Source: Candidatus Babeliales bacterium (GTDB taxonomy: Bacteria; Babelota; Babeliae; Babelales; JANWKD01). Taken from it: DNA of 64,000 bases. Position 1 is the stretch's first letter. Each line of letters opens with the position of its first letter. The translations under genes were made by a program, and so were the position numbers. Location: assembly GCA_963722255.1 (NCBI GenBank), contig CAVRJO010000001.1:640001-704000 (forward strand). The letters are read 5' to 3'. Shown here piece after piece: positions 16,046-26,245 of the stretch. The notes beneath the pieces were generated by a model. It saw nothing but the letters and a program-made list of their open reading frames with translations, had not been told where the DNA came from and ran no database searches.

Positions 16046-18586
16046 TTATGTGCCAGCACCATGGCACTTCTTATATTTCTTTCCTGAACCACAAGGACAT
16101 AGATCATTTCTACCAACCTTCTCTTCTCGACGTTCAATAGGCTTATGTCCTTCTTGAGCTTCCATACTTGCTGAAATTAAATTCAACTCATCAAGCTCAC
16201 GTTGACGTTTACGTTCAAGCTCAAGCTGATCAAAGCGTTCAAGCTTTAAGTGGAAGATATGATGTACAATATCCCAACGAACTTGTTGCATCATCTCTTT
16301 AAACATATCAAAAGCTTCACGCTTATATTCAATAAGAGGATTCTTTTGTCCCCAGCTGCGTAAATTGATGCCCTCTTTTAAATGATCAAGGTTAAGCATA
16401 TGCTGCTTCCATGCATTATCAAGAATTTCAAGCATAAGCCATTTTTCAGCTTCTTGAATACGTTCAGCATCTTGGCTAGATCTCAATGTTTCATAACGCT
16501 TTAAAAGATACTCAGAAATCGAATTTTTTAATGCATCACTTGTCGCAGTGTTAAATTTCTGATCTTCAATTTCTTTAGGAGTTACTCCGATCATCGCACT
16601 CAACATGGTGCTAATCTTTTCAATTCCTTCTTGCGTCGGTCTTCCCGGTGCAAACTCATCGACCATATCATTGACTGACTGATTCATTAACTCGCGCACA
16701 AGATCGTAGATCTCTTCTTGCCCTTCAAGAATTGAACGACGATATTTATAGATAACAATTCGTTGCTGATTAAGCACATCATCATATTCTAAAAGATGGC
16801 GACGTGTTTCAAAATTGTGCTTTTCTACTTTTTCTTGTGAACGCTCAATTGTTTTTGAAATAAAGCCTGATTCAATTGATTCATCTTCAGTCATTCCAAC
16901 ATTTTTCATATTTTTATAAATTGATTCACCTGCAAAAATACGAATTAAATCATCTTCCAATGAAATATAAAAACGTGATTCACCGGGATCACCTTGTCGA
17001 CCGGAGCGTCCTCGTAACTGATTATCAATTCGACGACTTTCATGACGCTCAGTACCTAAAATGTATAAACCGCCTACATCGCGCGATTCAGGAGTTAATT
17101 TAATATCGGTACCACGACCTGCCATATTTGTTGCTATAGTAACTTGCCCCGGTTCTCCAGCATGAGCAACAATTTCAGCTTCACGTTGATGCTGTTTTGC
17201 ATTTAACACTTCATGCGGAACACCTTCAGCGCGCAAAACATCACTTAATAGTTCCGATGTTTCAATAGCAATTGTACCAATAAGTACCGGCTGCTTTTTT
17301 TGATAACGCTCTTTTATATCTTTTGCAATTGCTTGATATTTACCCTTTTTGGATAAAAAGATTAAATCAGGTTTATCACCACGTATCATCGGTTGATTGG
17401 TTGGAATCGAAACAACATCAAGTCCATATATTTTGTGAAACTCTTCAGCTTCGGTTAATGCCGTTCCGGTCATACCTGCCAATTTTTTATACAATCTAAA
17501 AAAGTTTTGCAAGGTAATAGAAGCAAGCGTTTGGCTTTCTCGCTCAACTTTAACACCCTCTTTAGCCTCTAGCGCCTGATGCAATCCATCACTGTAGCGA
17601 CGTCCGGGTAAAATACGGCCTGTAAATTCATCAACGATAAGAACTTCTCCATCTTTTACCACATAATCAACATCTATTTTAAAGAGCACATGTGCTCGCA
17701 ACGCCTGATTTACATGATGCAAAAGAGTTAAATGTTCAAGTGCATATAAATTTTCAATAGCAAATGCATGCTCAACCTTGTCAACGCCTGATTCGGTTAA
17801 TTGTACTGAGCGCTGCTTTTCATCAACTTCATAATCTTGCACTTTAACAAGACGTGGAATAACTCTATTTGCTTCAATATAAAGATTACTACTTTTATCA
17901 GCTGCACCGGAAATAATTAAGGGCGTTCGAGCTTCATCAATTAATATCGAGTCAACTTCATCAATAATTGCATAGTTCAAATCTCGTTGCACATAATCTT
18001 CGAGCCTAAATTTCATATTATCTCGTAGATAGTCAAACCCAAGCTCATTATTAGTTGCATAAACAATATCGGCGGCATAGACATTTTTACGCTCAGCATC
18101 ACTCATCTGATTTTGCAGAATGCCAACTTCAAGGCCTAAGCGATTAAAAATCGGCGCCATCCATGCTCCATCACGTCGTGCCAAATAATCATTTACCGTT
18201 ACTAAATGCGCACCCTTGCCTGATAATGCGTTAAGATATAAGGGCAGCGTTGCCGTCAATGTCTTTCCCTCACCAGTTTTCATTTCAGCGATTTTTCCTT
18301 GATGCAATACAATTCCACCAATCAACTGAACATCAAAATGGCGCTGGCCCAATTCTCGTTTACCAACTTCTCGCACTACAGCAAATGCTTCCGGTAATAG
18401 TTCATCAAGCGTCTTACCTTGTTTTATTTGCTCACGAAACTCATTGGTCTTTGCACTCAACTGTTCAATAGTTAATGCTGCTATTGCGGGCTCTAAACTA
18501 TTAATTTTCTCTACAATCGGCCGCAATTTTTTTAGTTGACGCACATTGGCTGTGCCAACTATTTTTGCTAAAATTTGCGCAATCAT
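16046..18586 (-). CDS. secA: Preprotein translocase subunit SecA
   Basis: MKTGEGKT, DEVDSILIDEARTPLIISG, NMAGRGTDI, QLRGRSGRQGDPG, C-terminal CPCGSGKKYKKCH. Confidence 0.99.
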   Translation of the reverse strand: MIAQILAKIVGTANVRQLKKLRPIVEKINSLEPAIAALTIEQLSAKTNEFREQIKQGKTLDELLPEAFAVVREVGKRELGQRHFDVQLIGGIVLHQGKIAEMKTGEGKTLTATLPLYLNALSGKGAHLVTVNDYLARRDGAWMAPIFNRLGLEVGILQNQMSDAERKNVYAADIVYATNNELGFDYLRDNMKFRLEDYVQRDLNYAIIDEVDSILIDEARTPLIISGAADKSSNLYIEANRVIPRLVKVQDYEVDEKQRSVQLTESGVDKVEHAFAIENLYALEHLTLLHHVNQALRAHVLFKIDVDYVVKDGEVLIVDEFTGRILPGRRYSDGLHQALEAKEGVKVERESQTLASITLQNFFRLYKKLAGMTGTALTEAEEFHKIYGLDVVSIPTNQPMIRGDKPDLIFLSKKGKYQAIAKDIKERYQKKQPVLIGTIAIETSELLSDVLRAEGVPHEVLNAKQHQREAEIVAHAGEPGQVTIATNMAGRGTDIKLTPESRDVGGLYILGTERHESRRIDNQLRGRSGRQGDPGESRFYISLEDDLIRIFAGESIYKNMKNVGMTEDESIESGFISKTIERSQEKVEKHNFETRRHLLEYDDVLNQQRIVIYKYRRSILEGQEEIYDLVRELMNQSVNDMVDEFAPGRPTQEGIEKISTMLSAMIGVTPKEIEDQKFNTATSDALKNSISEYLLKRYETLRSSQDAERIQEAEKWLMLEILDNAWKQHMLNLDHLKEGINLRSWGQKNPLIEYKREAFDMFKEMMQQVRWDIVHHIFHLKLERFDQLELERKRQRELDELNLISASMEAQEGHKPIERREEKVGRNDLCPCGSGKKYKKCHGAGT

Positions 18587-18920
18587 GTTTCTGTCTCCAT
18601 AACTATAACTTTTTATATCTGTTAAAAAATTTTTACTTTGTAGCGATTTTTTTTACACAATTAACGAGTTATACTCTTAATCACTACAAATACTCACCAA
18701 GTCTACCATGATAATCAAAATATCTCAATTTGCCCAAAATTGAGTAGTTAAAAATAATACGTAATGTATCTTAGAAAATTGAACCACTGAAAGCAATGAT
18801 TCACAGATTAGTTTTTGCAGTAGAAATGAATTCAATATAAGAAAAACTTAAAAAACAGAATAACCTTCATTAAGATATGCATATTTTTTGCAATGATAAA
18901 AATAATACTAATCGAAAGAA

Positions 18921-19077
18921 TGTCATCCAGAGAATTTTCACGAAGTGAAATTCGTGGGATCCAGTAATTAAAATTGAAAGTCCTAATAAATCTTTCAAGA
19001 TTTTAAACATCAAAAAAATTAATTTTTTCATAGGTTTTTATTATTTAACTGGATCCCACGCTGCGCTCTGGATGACA
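18921..19077. repeat. ~160-bp bipartite palindromic repeat
   Basis: Close copy of 4614-4772 with a different inner left hairpin. Confidence 0.85.
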
Positions 19078-19181
19078 GTTTTGCCTTTATTGTTTTTTTT
19101 AAATTCAAATATGCGCGGTTTAGCGCGGCACGCTATAAAGTAAATTGAGAAAGCTTTTGATTATCACCTAAAAAATAGCTC

Positions 19182-19919
19182 TCAGTGGAGCACAACGACC
19201 GTCACATTTCTGAATGGGCTCATTGACTCTCTACGATATGAACAAAAACGATCATTACATATGGTACATTGATTATAGTCACGATTAATTGATTTTGGCA
19301 AAACTCCCAGCTGCAACAAAATCAATTCATTGTACAACGGCAAATCAAAAAAATAGTCATTATTTCGTTTTTGAATAAATCGATCAAAACCACTAGATCT
19401 TCGCAAAGGTTCAATAAATTCTTCATCGACACGATAACAACAAATGCAAGCGCTGGGGCCAAAAAAAGCAGCAATATCAGAAAAATTTGTGCCAAATGCA
19501 TTTTTCATCGTATCAAAAACTGTTGCTACTATACCCGCGACTGATCCACGCCATCCGGCATGCACTAGAGCAGTTACCTTATTGTTTTTATCATAAAAAA
19601 CAAGAGGCAAACAATCGGCAGTTACAATACCCAATGCACTATAAGCATTTTGTGTAATGAGATAGTCTCCATCAATCGTAAAAGATATAAATCCATTGTT
19701 TGAGTGATTATTCTGAATTATCATTCCTGCAGTTCCATGCACTTGATGCAAAAAAAAGAGCTCAGGAGCTTTTAGTGTTTGTTGAATTTGATTAAAGGGA
19801 AAATGGTGTCCCAATCGAGTGCTTGTATATGAACGATATAATGAAGGATCACACCGTTCTTGAGCATCGCCAAAAAAAATTGAAAAAGAGTTATGACGAT
19901 AAAGTTTCATAGGGAACAC
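19182..19919 (-). CDS. pgeF: Peptidoglycan editing factor PgeF / YfiH family
   Basis: QVHG, TADCLP, HAGWRG, GPS...CCY, CT.C...F.SYRR. Confidence 0.92.
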   Translation of the reverse strand: MFPMKLYRHNSFSIFFGDAQERCDPSLYRSYTSTRLGHHFPFNQIQQTLKAPELFFLHQVHGTAGMIIQNNHSNNGFISFTIDGDYLITQNAYSALGIVTADCLPLVFYDKNNKVTALVHAGWRGSVAGIVATVFDTMKNAFGTNFSDIAAFFGPSACICCYRVDEEFIEPLRRSSGFDRFIQKRNNDYFFDLPLYNELILLQLGVLPKSINRDYNQCTICNDRFCSYRRESMSPFRNVTVVVLH

Positions 19920-20096
19920 TCTTAACTATGCATTTGCAAACCCTGACAATACAAACAGTTGCATGCTAATATACGTACACAGAGTATACATGATTTACGA
20001 TATAAACAACAAAGATTGTTCCCCCATGATAATCAAAAACGCGTAGAGCCTTTTTTCTACCAAATAATCAATTGAATTGACCTTTTGCAGATTATT

Positions 20097-21779
20097 CTAA
20101 ATTTTAGTAGACGCTCCACGTTCACTAAGAAGCTCCGCTATATGATTATGCAGTCTCATTGTAGCCATTTTATAAGCGGTCTCTCCTTTATTATTTTCTG
20201 CATCGATTGGAGCACCATTATCTAATAATATTTTAATAGTCTCCAAATCTGCACCATGATAAGAAGCAAAATGAAGCGCGGTATTGTTATCAATGGAAAC
20301 TGCATTAACAAAAGCGCCTCGATTTATAAGTTGCTGAACAACAGCTGGTCCCATTTTGTATGAAAACATCAATGGTGTCACGCCTTCTTTATTTTTTACA
20401 TTTACATCAACGGAAGTCTTATATTCAGTACCAAAAGGAAAACCTGATAAGAGTTTTTGCACACAACTTTCACGTCTTTCTAAAAGAAGATGCATCAATA
20501 AATTTACTTCAATTTTATACGGATTATAAAGTGTATCAATCGTATTTCCATTAGGAATAAGAGCCTTAAATAACTCCTCTTTATCTTTATCCAGCGCCTC
20601 CATCATTACATTAAGCCGAATTTTATTATCTAATTGATTGGCAAAACCATTGCATAAAACCGTTCCAACCATTTTTGGATTACCTGTTGCTAATAATGAA
20701 TGAATGGGTGACACAAAGCGGCCCTTTTCAATAAAAAAATAATAACGACTTGCTTTTTTTTCCCTTAATGCTCGCACCAATGATCTACTACCTGTAAGAA
20801 TTGCGTAACAAATTGGCGTCATATGATGCTTATCGTCTTGGTTACAATATTCTGGAGATCCTTTGCGTATAAGAGCATGCGCCGCTTTTGTATAATTTCT
20901 TTGAATCAAAGTGTGTAGAGGTGTTTCTCCTGCAACTGTCTGAGCATCAATATTTGCCTTCAATGCTAAAAGCTTTTTTACATCGCTTTCTGTTTTAGCA
21001 CAATGTAAATGAGTCATACCTGCTTGATTTATAGGTCTATTTACATATAGTTGAAGGGCTATTTTAGTTTTTTCATCAAGACTATGTAAGTAGTTCATAC
21101 TGTCATCAATTTCAGCAAGATTCATGTAGAATTGAAATGTTTTTTCAATAAGTTCATTTGAAGCTGATGGATTCCGACTACTAAATAATCGTGAAAAATG
21201 TGATGCAGTAGACTTCAGTACCCCTTGTTGTGCGCCAAGCTTAATGAGAAGATCTTTAATCTCATTTCTAATTTTTTCATCTTTTATAGTTCCAACAAGA
21301 TCTAAAGCACAAACACCATAATTATTTCTATGATTTACCTTACAAGGTACATTCTTTAACAATCCTAAAACGTTTTTAAGCTGATTCCGTTTTAAATACC
21401 ATAACGTTACTGTATCACCAAATGCATTACAGCAATTTATATTTGCACCAATTGCAAGCAATCGTGCAATTTTTGGCTCTGAAGTAGAACGGTGAAGCAA
21501 TGTTGACCCACATTTATCAACCGGCCTATTAATATGATGAACAATAACTTTATCCAATTCTTCAGGTAAACAATTAAGATCCTTTTGTATTTCAACGGGT
21601 TCCATTTTTAAAAATTTTTTAACAGTAGCTTTTGCACTAAATTCTACCAATGAAGCAGGAGTATAAATTTTTGTCTCATCCTTAGACAGCTCCATACCAA
21701 AAGCAGAAGAATAGATAAAAACCCCTATTAAAAAATTGACAAATATAGATTTTTTGTACTTTTTTATCATAAGACCCAC
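20097..21779 (-). CDS. Secreted ankyrin-repeat protein
   Basis: Signal peptide ending AFG-ME; repeated G.TPLH/TALH ankyrin motifs. Confidence 0.88.
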   Translation of the reverse strand: MGLMIKKYKKSIFVNFLIGVFIYSSAFGMELSKDETKIYTPASLVEFSAKATVKKFLKMEPVEIQKDLNCLPEELDKVIVHHINRPVDKCGSTLLHRSTSEPKIARLLAIGANINCCNAFGDTVTLWYLKRNQLKNVLGLLKNVPCKVNHRNNYGVCALDLVGTIKDEKIRNEIKDLLIKLGAQQGVLKSTASHFSRLFSSRNPSASNELIEKTFQFYMNLAEIDDSMNYLHSLDEKTKIALQLYVNRPINQAGMTHLHCAKTESDVKKLLALKANIDAQTVAGETPLHTLIQRNYTKAAHALIRKGSPEYCNQDDKHHMTPICYAILTGSRSLVRALREKKASRYYFFIEKGRFVSPIHSLLATGNPKMVGTVLCNGFANQLDNKIRLNVMMEALDKDKEELFKALIPNGNTIDTLYNPYKIEVNLLMHLLLERRESCVQKLLSGFPFGTEYKTSVDVNVKNKEGVTPLMFSYKMGPAVVQQLINRGAFVNAVSIDNNTALHFASYHGADLETIKILLDNGAPIDAENNKGETAYKMATMRLHNHIAELLSERGASTKI

Positions 21780-21914
21780 ATTTATTTTAAATTTAAAAAT
21801 TTAATATTACCCCTAGTAGTATACACAAACAATAAAAAAAGAACCACCCAAGTTCTACTTTGAGTGGTTCACATTTTAAACAGATTGACAATAGGAAACT
21901 AATGAAAGAAAAAC

Positions 21915-23117
21915 CTATTCCTCAATAGCCGGTCCCTCTATTTGTCTCATAAATGTAGGTATATCAAGATCATTGCTTGCATTATTAATTTCTGACTTTA
22001 GAGCATATTCTGAAGGCTCACTAGTTTCAATTTTAGCCTTCTGTTGCATAGGTTCTGAAGGCACAACACGAGGAGTAATAGCTTCACGCTCTTTTTTTAT
22101 CTCTTCAACAGCCGGCTGAAATGCAACAGTAGAAGCTTTTTTTTCAACTTCTTGCTCTAAAAACCCGGTTGCAATAACCGTAACAATTATTTCATCTTGG
22201 AGCGATTCATCAACAACAGAACCAACAATAATATTTGCGTGCTCAGCAGCTTCTTGAGTAATAATTTCAGCAGCATCACTTATTTCATACAATGCTAAAT
22301 CATTGCCTCCTGAAATATTGAGAAGAACACTTTGTGCTCCTTTTATGCTCATATTTTCAAGCAAAGGTGATGAGATTGCCTGATGCGCAGCAACTAAGGC
22401 ACGATCAACTCCACGAGCCTTTCCTGTACCCATTACTGCAAGGCCCATATCTTTCATAATGGTGCGAACGTCAGCAAAATCAACATTAATATGACCGGGC
22501 TTTGTAATAATATCAGAAATACCTTTAACGCATTGATTTAGAATGCCATTAATGAGAGCAAATGCATCAATCATCGATACATGCTTGTCAACCACATTTA
22601 ATAATTTTTGATTTGGAATAATGAGCAACGTATCAACTTCTTTTTTAAGAAGCTCAATTGCTTCCTGTGCTACCATAGCGCGTTTTTTTCCTTCAAAGTC
22701 AAACGGCTTAGTAACCACAGCTATAGAAAGAATATTTTTTTCTTTAAGAGCATGAGCAATGACCGGCAAAGCTCCTGAACCAGTACCACCACCTAATCCA
22801 CCGGTCAAGAAAACAATATTTGCATCTTCAAGATGCTCCATAAGGGTTCCCATATCCTCTTCTGCAGCCCGTTTACCTAAATCTGGGTTCGCTCCTGTGC
22901 CTAGCCCTTTTGTTGACTTAACACCTAGTTGAATCTTAATAGGCGCTTTTGATAAAGCAAGTGCTTGTGCATCAGTGTTTGCAACAATAAATTCAATTCC
23001 CTCAAATCGTGCATCAATCATACTATTGAGCGTATTGCCGCCGCCACCACCAATACCAATAACCTTAATACGAGTAAGCGAAGACCCATGATCTTTAATA
23101 GGTTCAAACTCCAACAT
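21915..23117 (-). CDS. ftsZ: Cell division protein FtsZ
   Basis: GGGGGN, NTDAQAL, GGGTGSG, INVDFADV, C-terminal LDIPTFMR. Confidence 0.99.
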   Translation of the reverse strand: MLEFEPIKDHGSSLTRIKVIGIGGGGGNTLNSMIDARFEGIEFIVANTDAQALALSKAPIKIQLGVKSTKGLGTGANPDLGKRAAEEDMGTLMEHLEDANIVFLTGGLGGGTGSGALPVIAHALKEKNILSIAVVTKPFDFEGKKRAMVAQEAIELLKKEVDTLLIIPNQKLLNVVDKHVSMIDAFALINGILNQCVKGISDIITKPGHINVDFADVRTIMKDMGLAVMGTGKARGVDRALVAAHQAISSPLLENMSIKGAQSVLLNISGGNDLALYEISDAAEIITQEAAEHANIIVGSVVDESLQDEIIVTVIATGFLEQEVEKKASTVAFQPAVEEIKKEREAITPRVVPSEPMQQKAKIETSEPSEYALKSEINNASNDLDIPTFMRQIEGPAIEE

Positions 23118-23232
23118 ATTCTTCTCCTTTTTTTACATGTAATAACACATTTATAGTAGGAGTATCATGTTTTTTTAACTAATAATGCAAGAGTATCGCC
23201 CTTTATAAATTCATACGAAGAGTTTTTTAAAA

Positions 23233-23270
23233 CAAAAAAAAACAAGGATTGTTACATCCTTGTTTTTTTG
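23233..23270. terminator. Intrinsic terminator
   Basis: AAAAAAAACAAGGAT-TGTTAC-ATCCTTGTTTTTTT. Confidence 0.7.
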
Positions 23271-23291
23271 TACTTGTGAAAATTAGAAAGC

Positions 23292-23765
23292 TTATTTTCT
23301 AACGTTTACAATTCTACCCGGTATTCCAGATATTTTGAATTCAGGTATCACGTTTGGATTTTTTTCGAAAGCTTCAAGCTCACCGTCATGTGCATCCATA
23401 ATGCTAACTTTTGCTTTGTAAATATCGTTCCAAAACTTTCTGTGTTCAGCTTTGTGCTTTTTATGTAATGCAATAGCTTCATCTAATTGATACTTAGTAA
23501 TTTTGCCATTACCAATCTCTTTGATAAGATTCGCTTTAAAATCAGCGCATTCATCATGATGACGTTTTTCCAAATTAATAAGTCCGGTTTCTTTGTTCAA
23601 TTTAAAATTAAACCAATCATCACAGTGTCTTTTTTCTAAAATAACAAAATTGCTAAATTCTTGTGCAATAATATCAGAACCAATTCTACGCCCTTCAATA
23701 GGTTCTGCTCCAAAAGCATTTGCTACTGATAAAAGCGCAACAATCATATATAATAAATTCTTCAT
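23292..23765 (-). CDS. Hypothetical secreted His-rich helical protein inserted between ftsA and ftsZ
   Basis: AGGAGG RBS, signal peptide ending AFG, internal repeat LEKRH.D. Confidence 0.75.
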   Translation of the reverse strand: MKNLLYMIVALLSVANAFGAEPIEGRRIGSDIIAQEFSNFVILEKRHCDDWFNFKLNKETGLINLEKRHHDECADFKANLIKEIGNGKITKYQLDEAIALHKKHKAEHRKFWNDIYKAKVSIMDAHDGELEAFEKNPNVIPEFKISGIPGRIVNVRK

Positions 23766-24042
23766 AAAACCTCCTTTAAGATTAAACTAACAATAAACAA
23801 TTTTATTCCAAGCGCATTTTTTATATTCAAATTTGTTTTTTTTATTAAAAAACAACCAAAAAGTACGTCCTGGACGATATTTTGCTTTTTTTGATGAGGA
23901 AAAATCATTTTTTTAGATTAACCCCCCTTAAAATAGCTATGATAGAGCTCTATATATTCAATGATAGCATCTTTGCACAGGGTAAATCAATGGTTTTTAA
24001 TTTCTATTTTTAACTTTTTTTAAACTTTTATAAGAAAAAAAT

Positions 24043-25272
24043 TTAAAAAAAATCGGTCATCCATGATTTCATACGCCCCATAATGCGCATAACCAAAGGA
24101 CCTGCCAATCGTGTAATAGTAGAATCACGCTTCTTAAGGGCATGTAAAATAAGACCATATCCTGTTGCATAGATTGGATTGTGTAAAATCGGTACACAAT
24201 GCGGCAAAAGATTTGGATTTCCAATTCGAACTGGCATATGAAATATAGACCCTGCAAGCTTTTCCATACCATTAAGCAAGGAACCACCACCGGTAATTAC
24301 CAAACCGGCTGCCATTGATTTTTGCATTGAATGGGTCTCGATATCTTTATTAATAAGAGTAAAAAGCTCATGAGCTCGTGCAAATAAAATTGCAATAATA
24401 TCTTTTTGTGCAACTAATTGTTTATTTATACCATTAATACAAACTATTTCATGATGATCAGCAAAACCGGATAAAGCATCAACAGCTCCAAACTCTTTTT
24501 TAATTCTTTCTGCTTCATTAAGCGTTGTATGTAATCCTATTGCTAAATCATGAGTAAAATGATTCCCTGCTACCGGCAACACCATCGTATGTCGAATAGC
24601 ATTATTATAAAAAATAGCCACATCAGAGGTGCCTCCACCAATATCAATCATCATGACGCCCAATTTTTTCTCATCATACGTCAAGACGGCGTCTGCTGAA
24701 GCTAACTGCTCAAGAACAATATCAGTAACTTTTATGCCAGCCAATTCACAACATTTGATTAAATTATGCACTGATGCAACTGAACCGGTTATAATATGTA
24801 CCTGGGCTTCTAAGCGAACTCCATACATTCCAATGGGATCGGTAATCTTTTCTTGATTATCAATAATAAAATATTGTGGCAAAACATGTAAGACTTGATG
24901 CCCTTCAGGAACTGCAACAGCTCGAGCTGCTGCCACAACTTGTGCAATATCCGATGAACGGATTTCTCCACGTTTCACCGGCACCATCCCTTGAGAAGAC
25001 ATTGATTTAATATGACCACCGGAAATACCAATACATGCTTCTTCAATTTTACATTGAGCCATAAGCTCAGCTTCACGTACTGCAGATTTAATCGATGCAA
25101 CAGTTCGATTAATGTCTACAACTACGCCCTTTGCCAATCCATCAGAGGGTGCTTTACCAATGCCAATAATTTCAAAAGAAGTCCCATTTCCTACTGCAAC
25201 AAGAACACAAATTTTTGTTGTTCCAATATCTATTGCTACTGTTATATGATCTGAAAAAACTGTTTTTTTCAT
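24043..25272 (-). CDS. ftsA: Cell division protein FtsA
   Basis: AIDIGTTKI, IDIGGGTSD, AE.IK, ITGGG. Confidence 0.97.
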   Translation of the reverse strand: MKKTVFSDHITVAIDIGTTKICVLVAVGNGTSFEIIGIGKAPSDGLAKGVVVDINRTVASIKSAVREAELMAQCKIEEACIGISGGHIKSMSSQGMVPVKRGEIRSSDIAQVVAAARAVAVPEGHQVLHVLPQYFIIDNQEKITDPIGMYGVRLEAQVHIITGSVASVHNLIKCCELAGIKVTDIVLEQLASADAVLTYDEKKLGVMMIDIGGGTSDVAIFYNNAIRHTMVLPVAGNHFTHDLAIGLHTTLNEAERIKKEFGAVDALSGFADHHEIVCINGINKQLVAQKDIIAILFARAHELFTLINKDIETHSMQKSMAAGLVITGGGSLLNGMEKLAGSIFHMPVRIGNPNLLPHCVPILHNPIYATGYGLILHALKKRDSTITRLAGPLVMRIMGRMKSWMTDFF

Positions 25273-26078
25273 AGACCCTCCACACCTTTTTGAGCTACTA
25301 CAATCTGATTTTTAAATCGTACATCAATGAGCCAAGATTTTTTTGCATACGATCGTTGACGCGCTATATCACTTTTAACTCTTTCATATTTGGTAAGCAG
25401 CGTATCATCTAAAATAGATTGAGCGTCTGCCCTTACAATGATATTTGGCAACTGCTTATCCTTTAAATAGATACAAGTATGATCAATCCAGCGTATAAAA
25501 AATTGGTCAAAGAGATGATATGATAATTTTTTAAGACAATTTTTGCATTCGTAAGAAAGTTCCACTGTACCCTCTTGGCACATAGTTATTATTGGTAAAT
25601 CACAAAGAGCAAAGGGAGCAAAGGTATCACTATTTTGGATCGAATTATCATTCATAAATAGATACTGATCATTGATAAGCATTAAAGGGCGCACTGCTTT
25701 AAAAGAACAGTGCAAAGATCCGGAAGGAGCATACGTACTCTCAAGGTGCTCAATAATAGGAAATTGCCGCTTAACTTTGACCAATGATAATGCTTGAAAA
25801 GATTTATTGACACTAGATTCTTCAATAAAGTTGACAATCGATTGCGCTATCCCGGGTGCCAACCTGGAATCGCCAACAATCGTGCATTTTTTTATTATAA
25901 AAAGATATGATGGGACTACAAACCATAGAAGCCCTCCTAATAGCAAACAAATAATAGCAACACCCATTTGACTATAGGTACCAACCTTCATATATCCCCC
26001 TACTTGTCCCTTTAAGATTATGCCTAACAATTTCAGACAATAATCTTTTACTATTTTAATACCTTTTTGCGGTTGCAT
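25269..26078 (-). CDS. ftsQ: Divergent FtsQ/DivIB-like protein
   Basis: Single TM then POTRA-like region, C-terminal IDVRF..QIVV motif, overlaps the ftsA start. True start may be ~25991. Confidence 0.6.
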   Translation of the reverse strand: MQPQKGIKIVKDYCLKLLGIILKGQVGGYMKVGTYSQMGVAIICLLLGGLLWFVVPSYLFIIKKCTIVGDSRLAPGIAQSIVNFIEESSVNKSFQALSLVKVKRQFPIIEHLESTYAPSGSLHCSFKAVRPLMLINDQYLFMNDNSIQNSDTFAPFALCDLPIITMCQEGTVELSYECKNCLKKLSYHLFDQFFIRWIDHTCIYLKDKQLPNIIVRADAQSILDDTLLTKYERVKSDIARQRSYAKKSWLIDVRFKNQIVVAQKGVEGL

Positions 26079-26245
26079 TAGTCAATAATTTTGTTAAAAA
26101 ATAGATAAAAGCGTTGAAGCACTCGAGCAGATCGTATTCCTTCATCTATTTATTTATTTCTAATAGAAATTATTATTGACAATTTCTTTATTTAGTATAA
26201 ACTATAAATATCTAATAAATATGACTAGTAACCAAGGAGCTTTAC

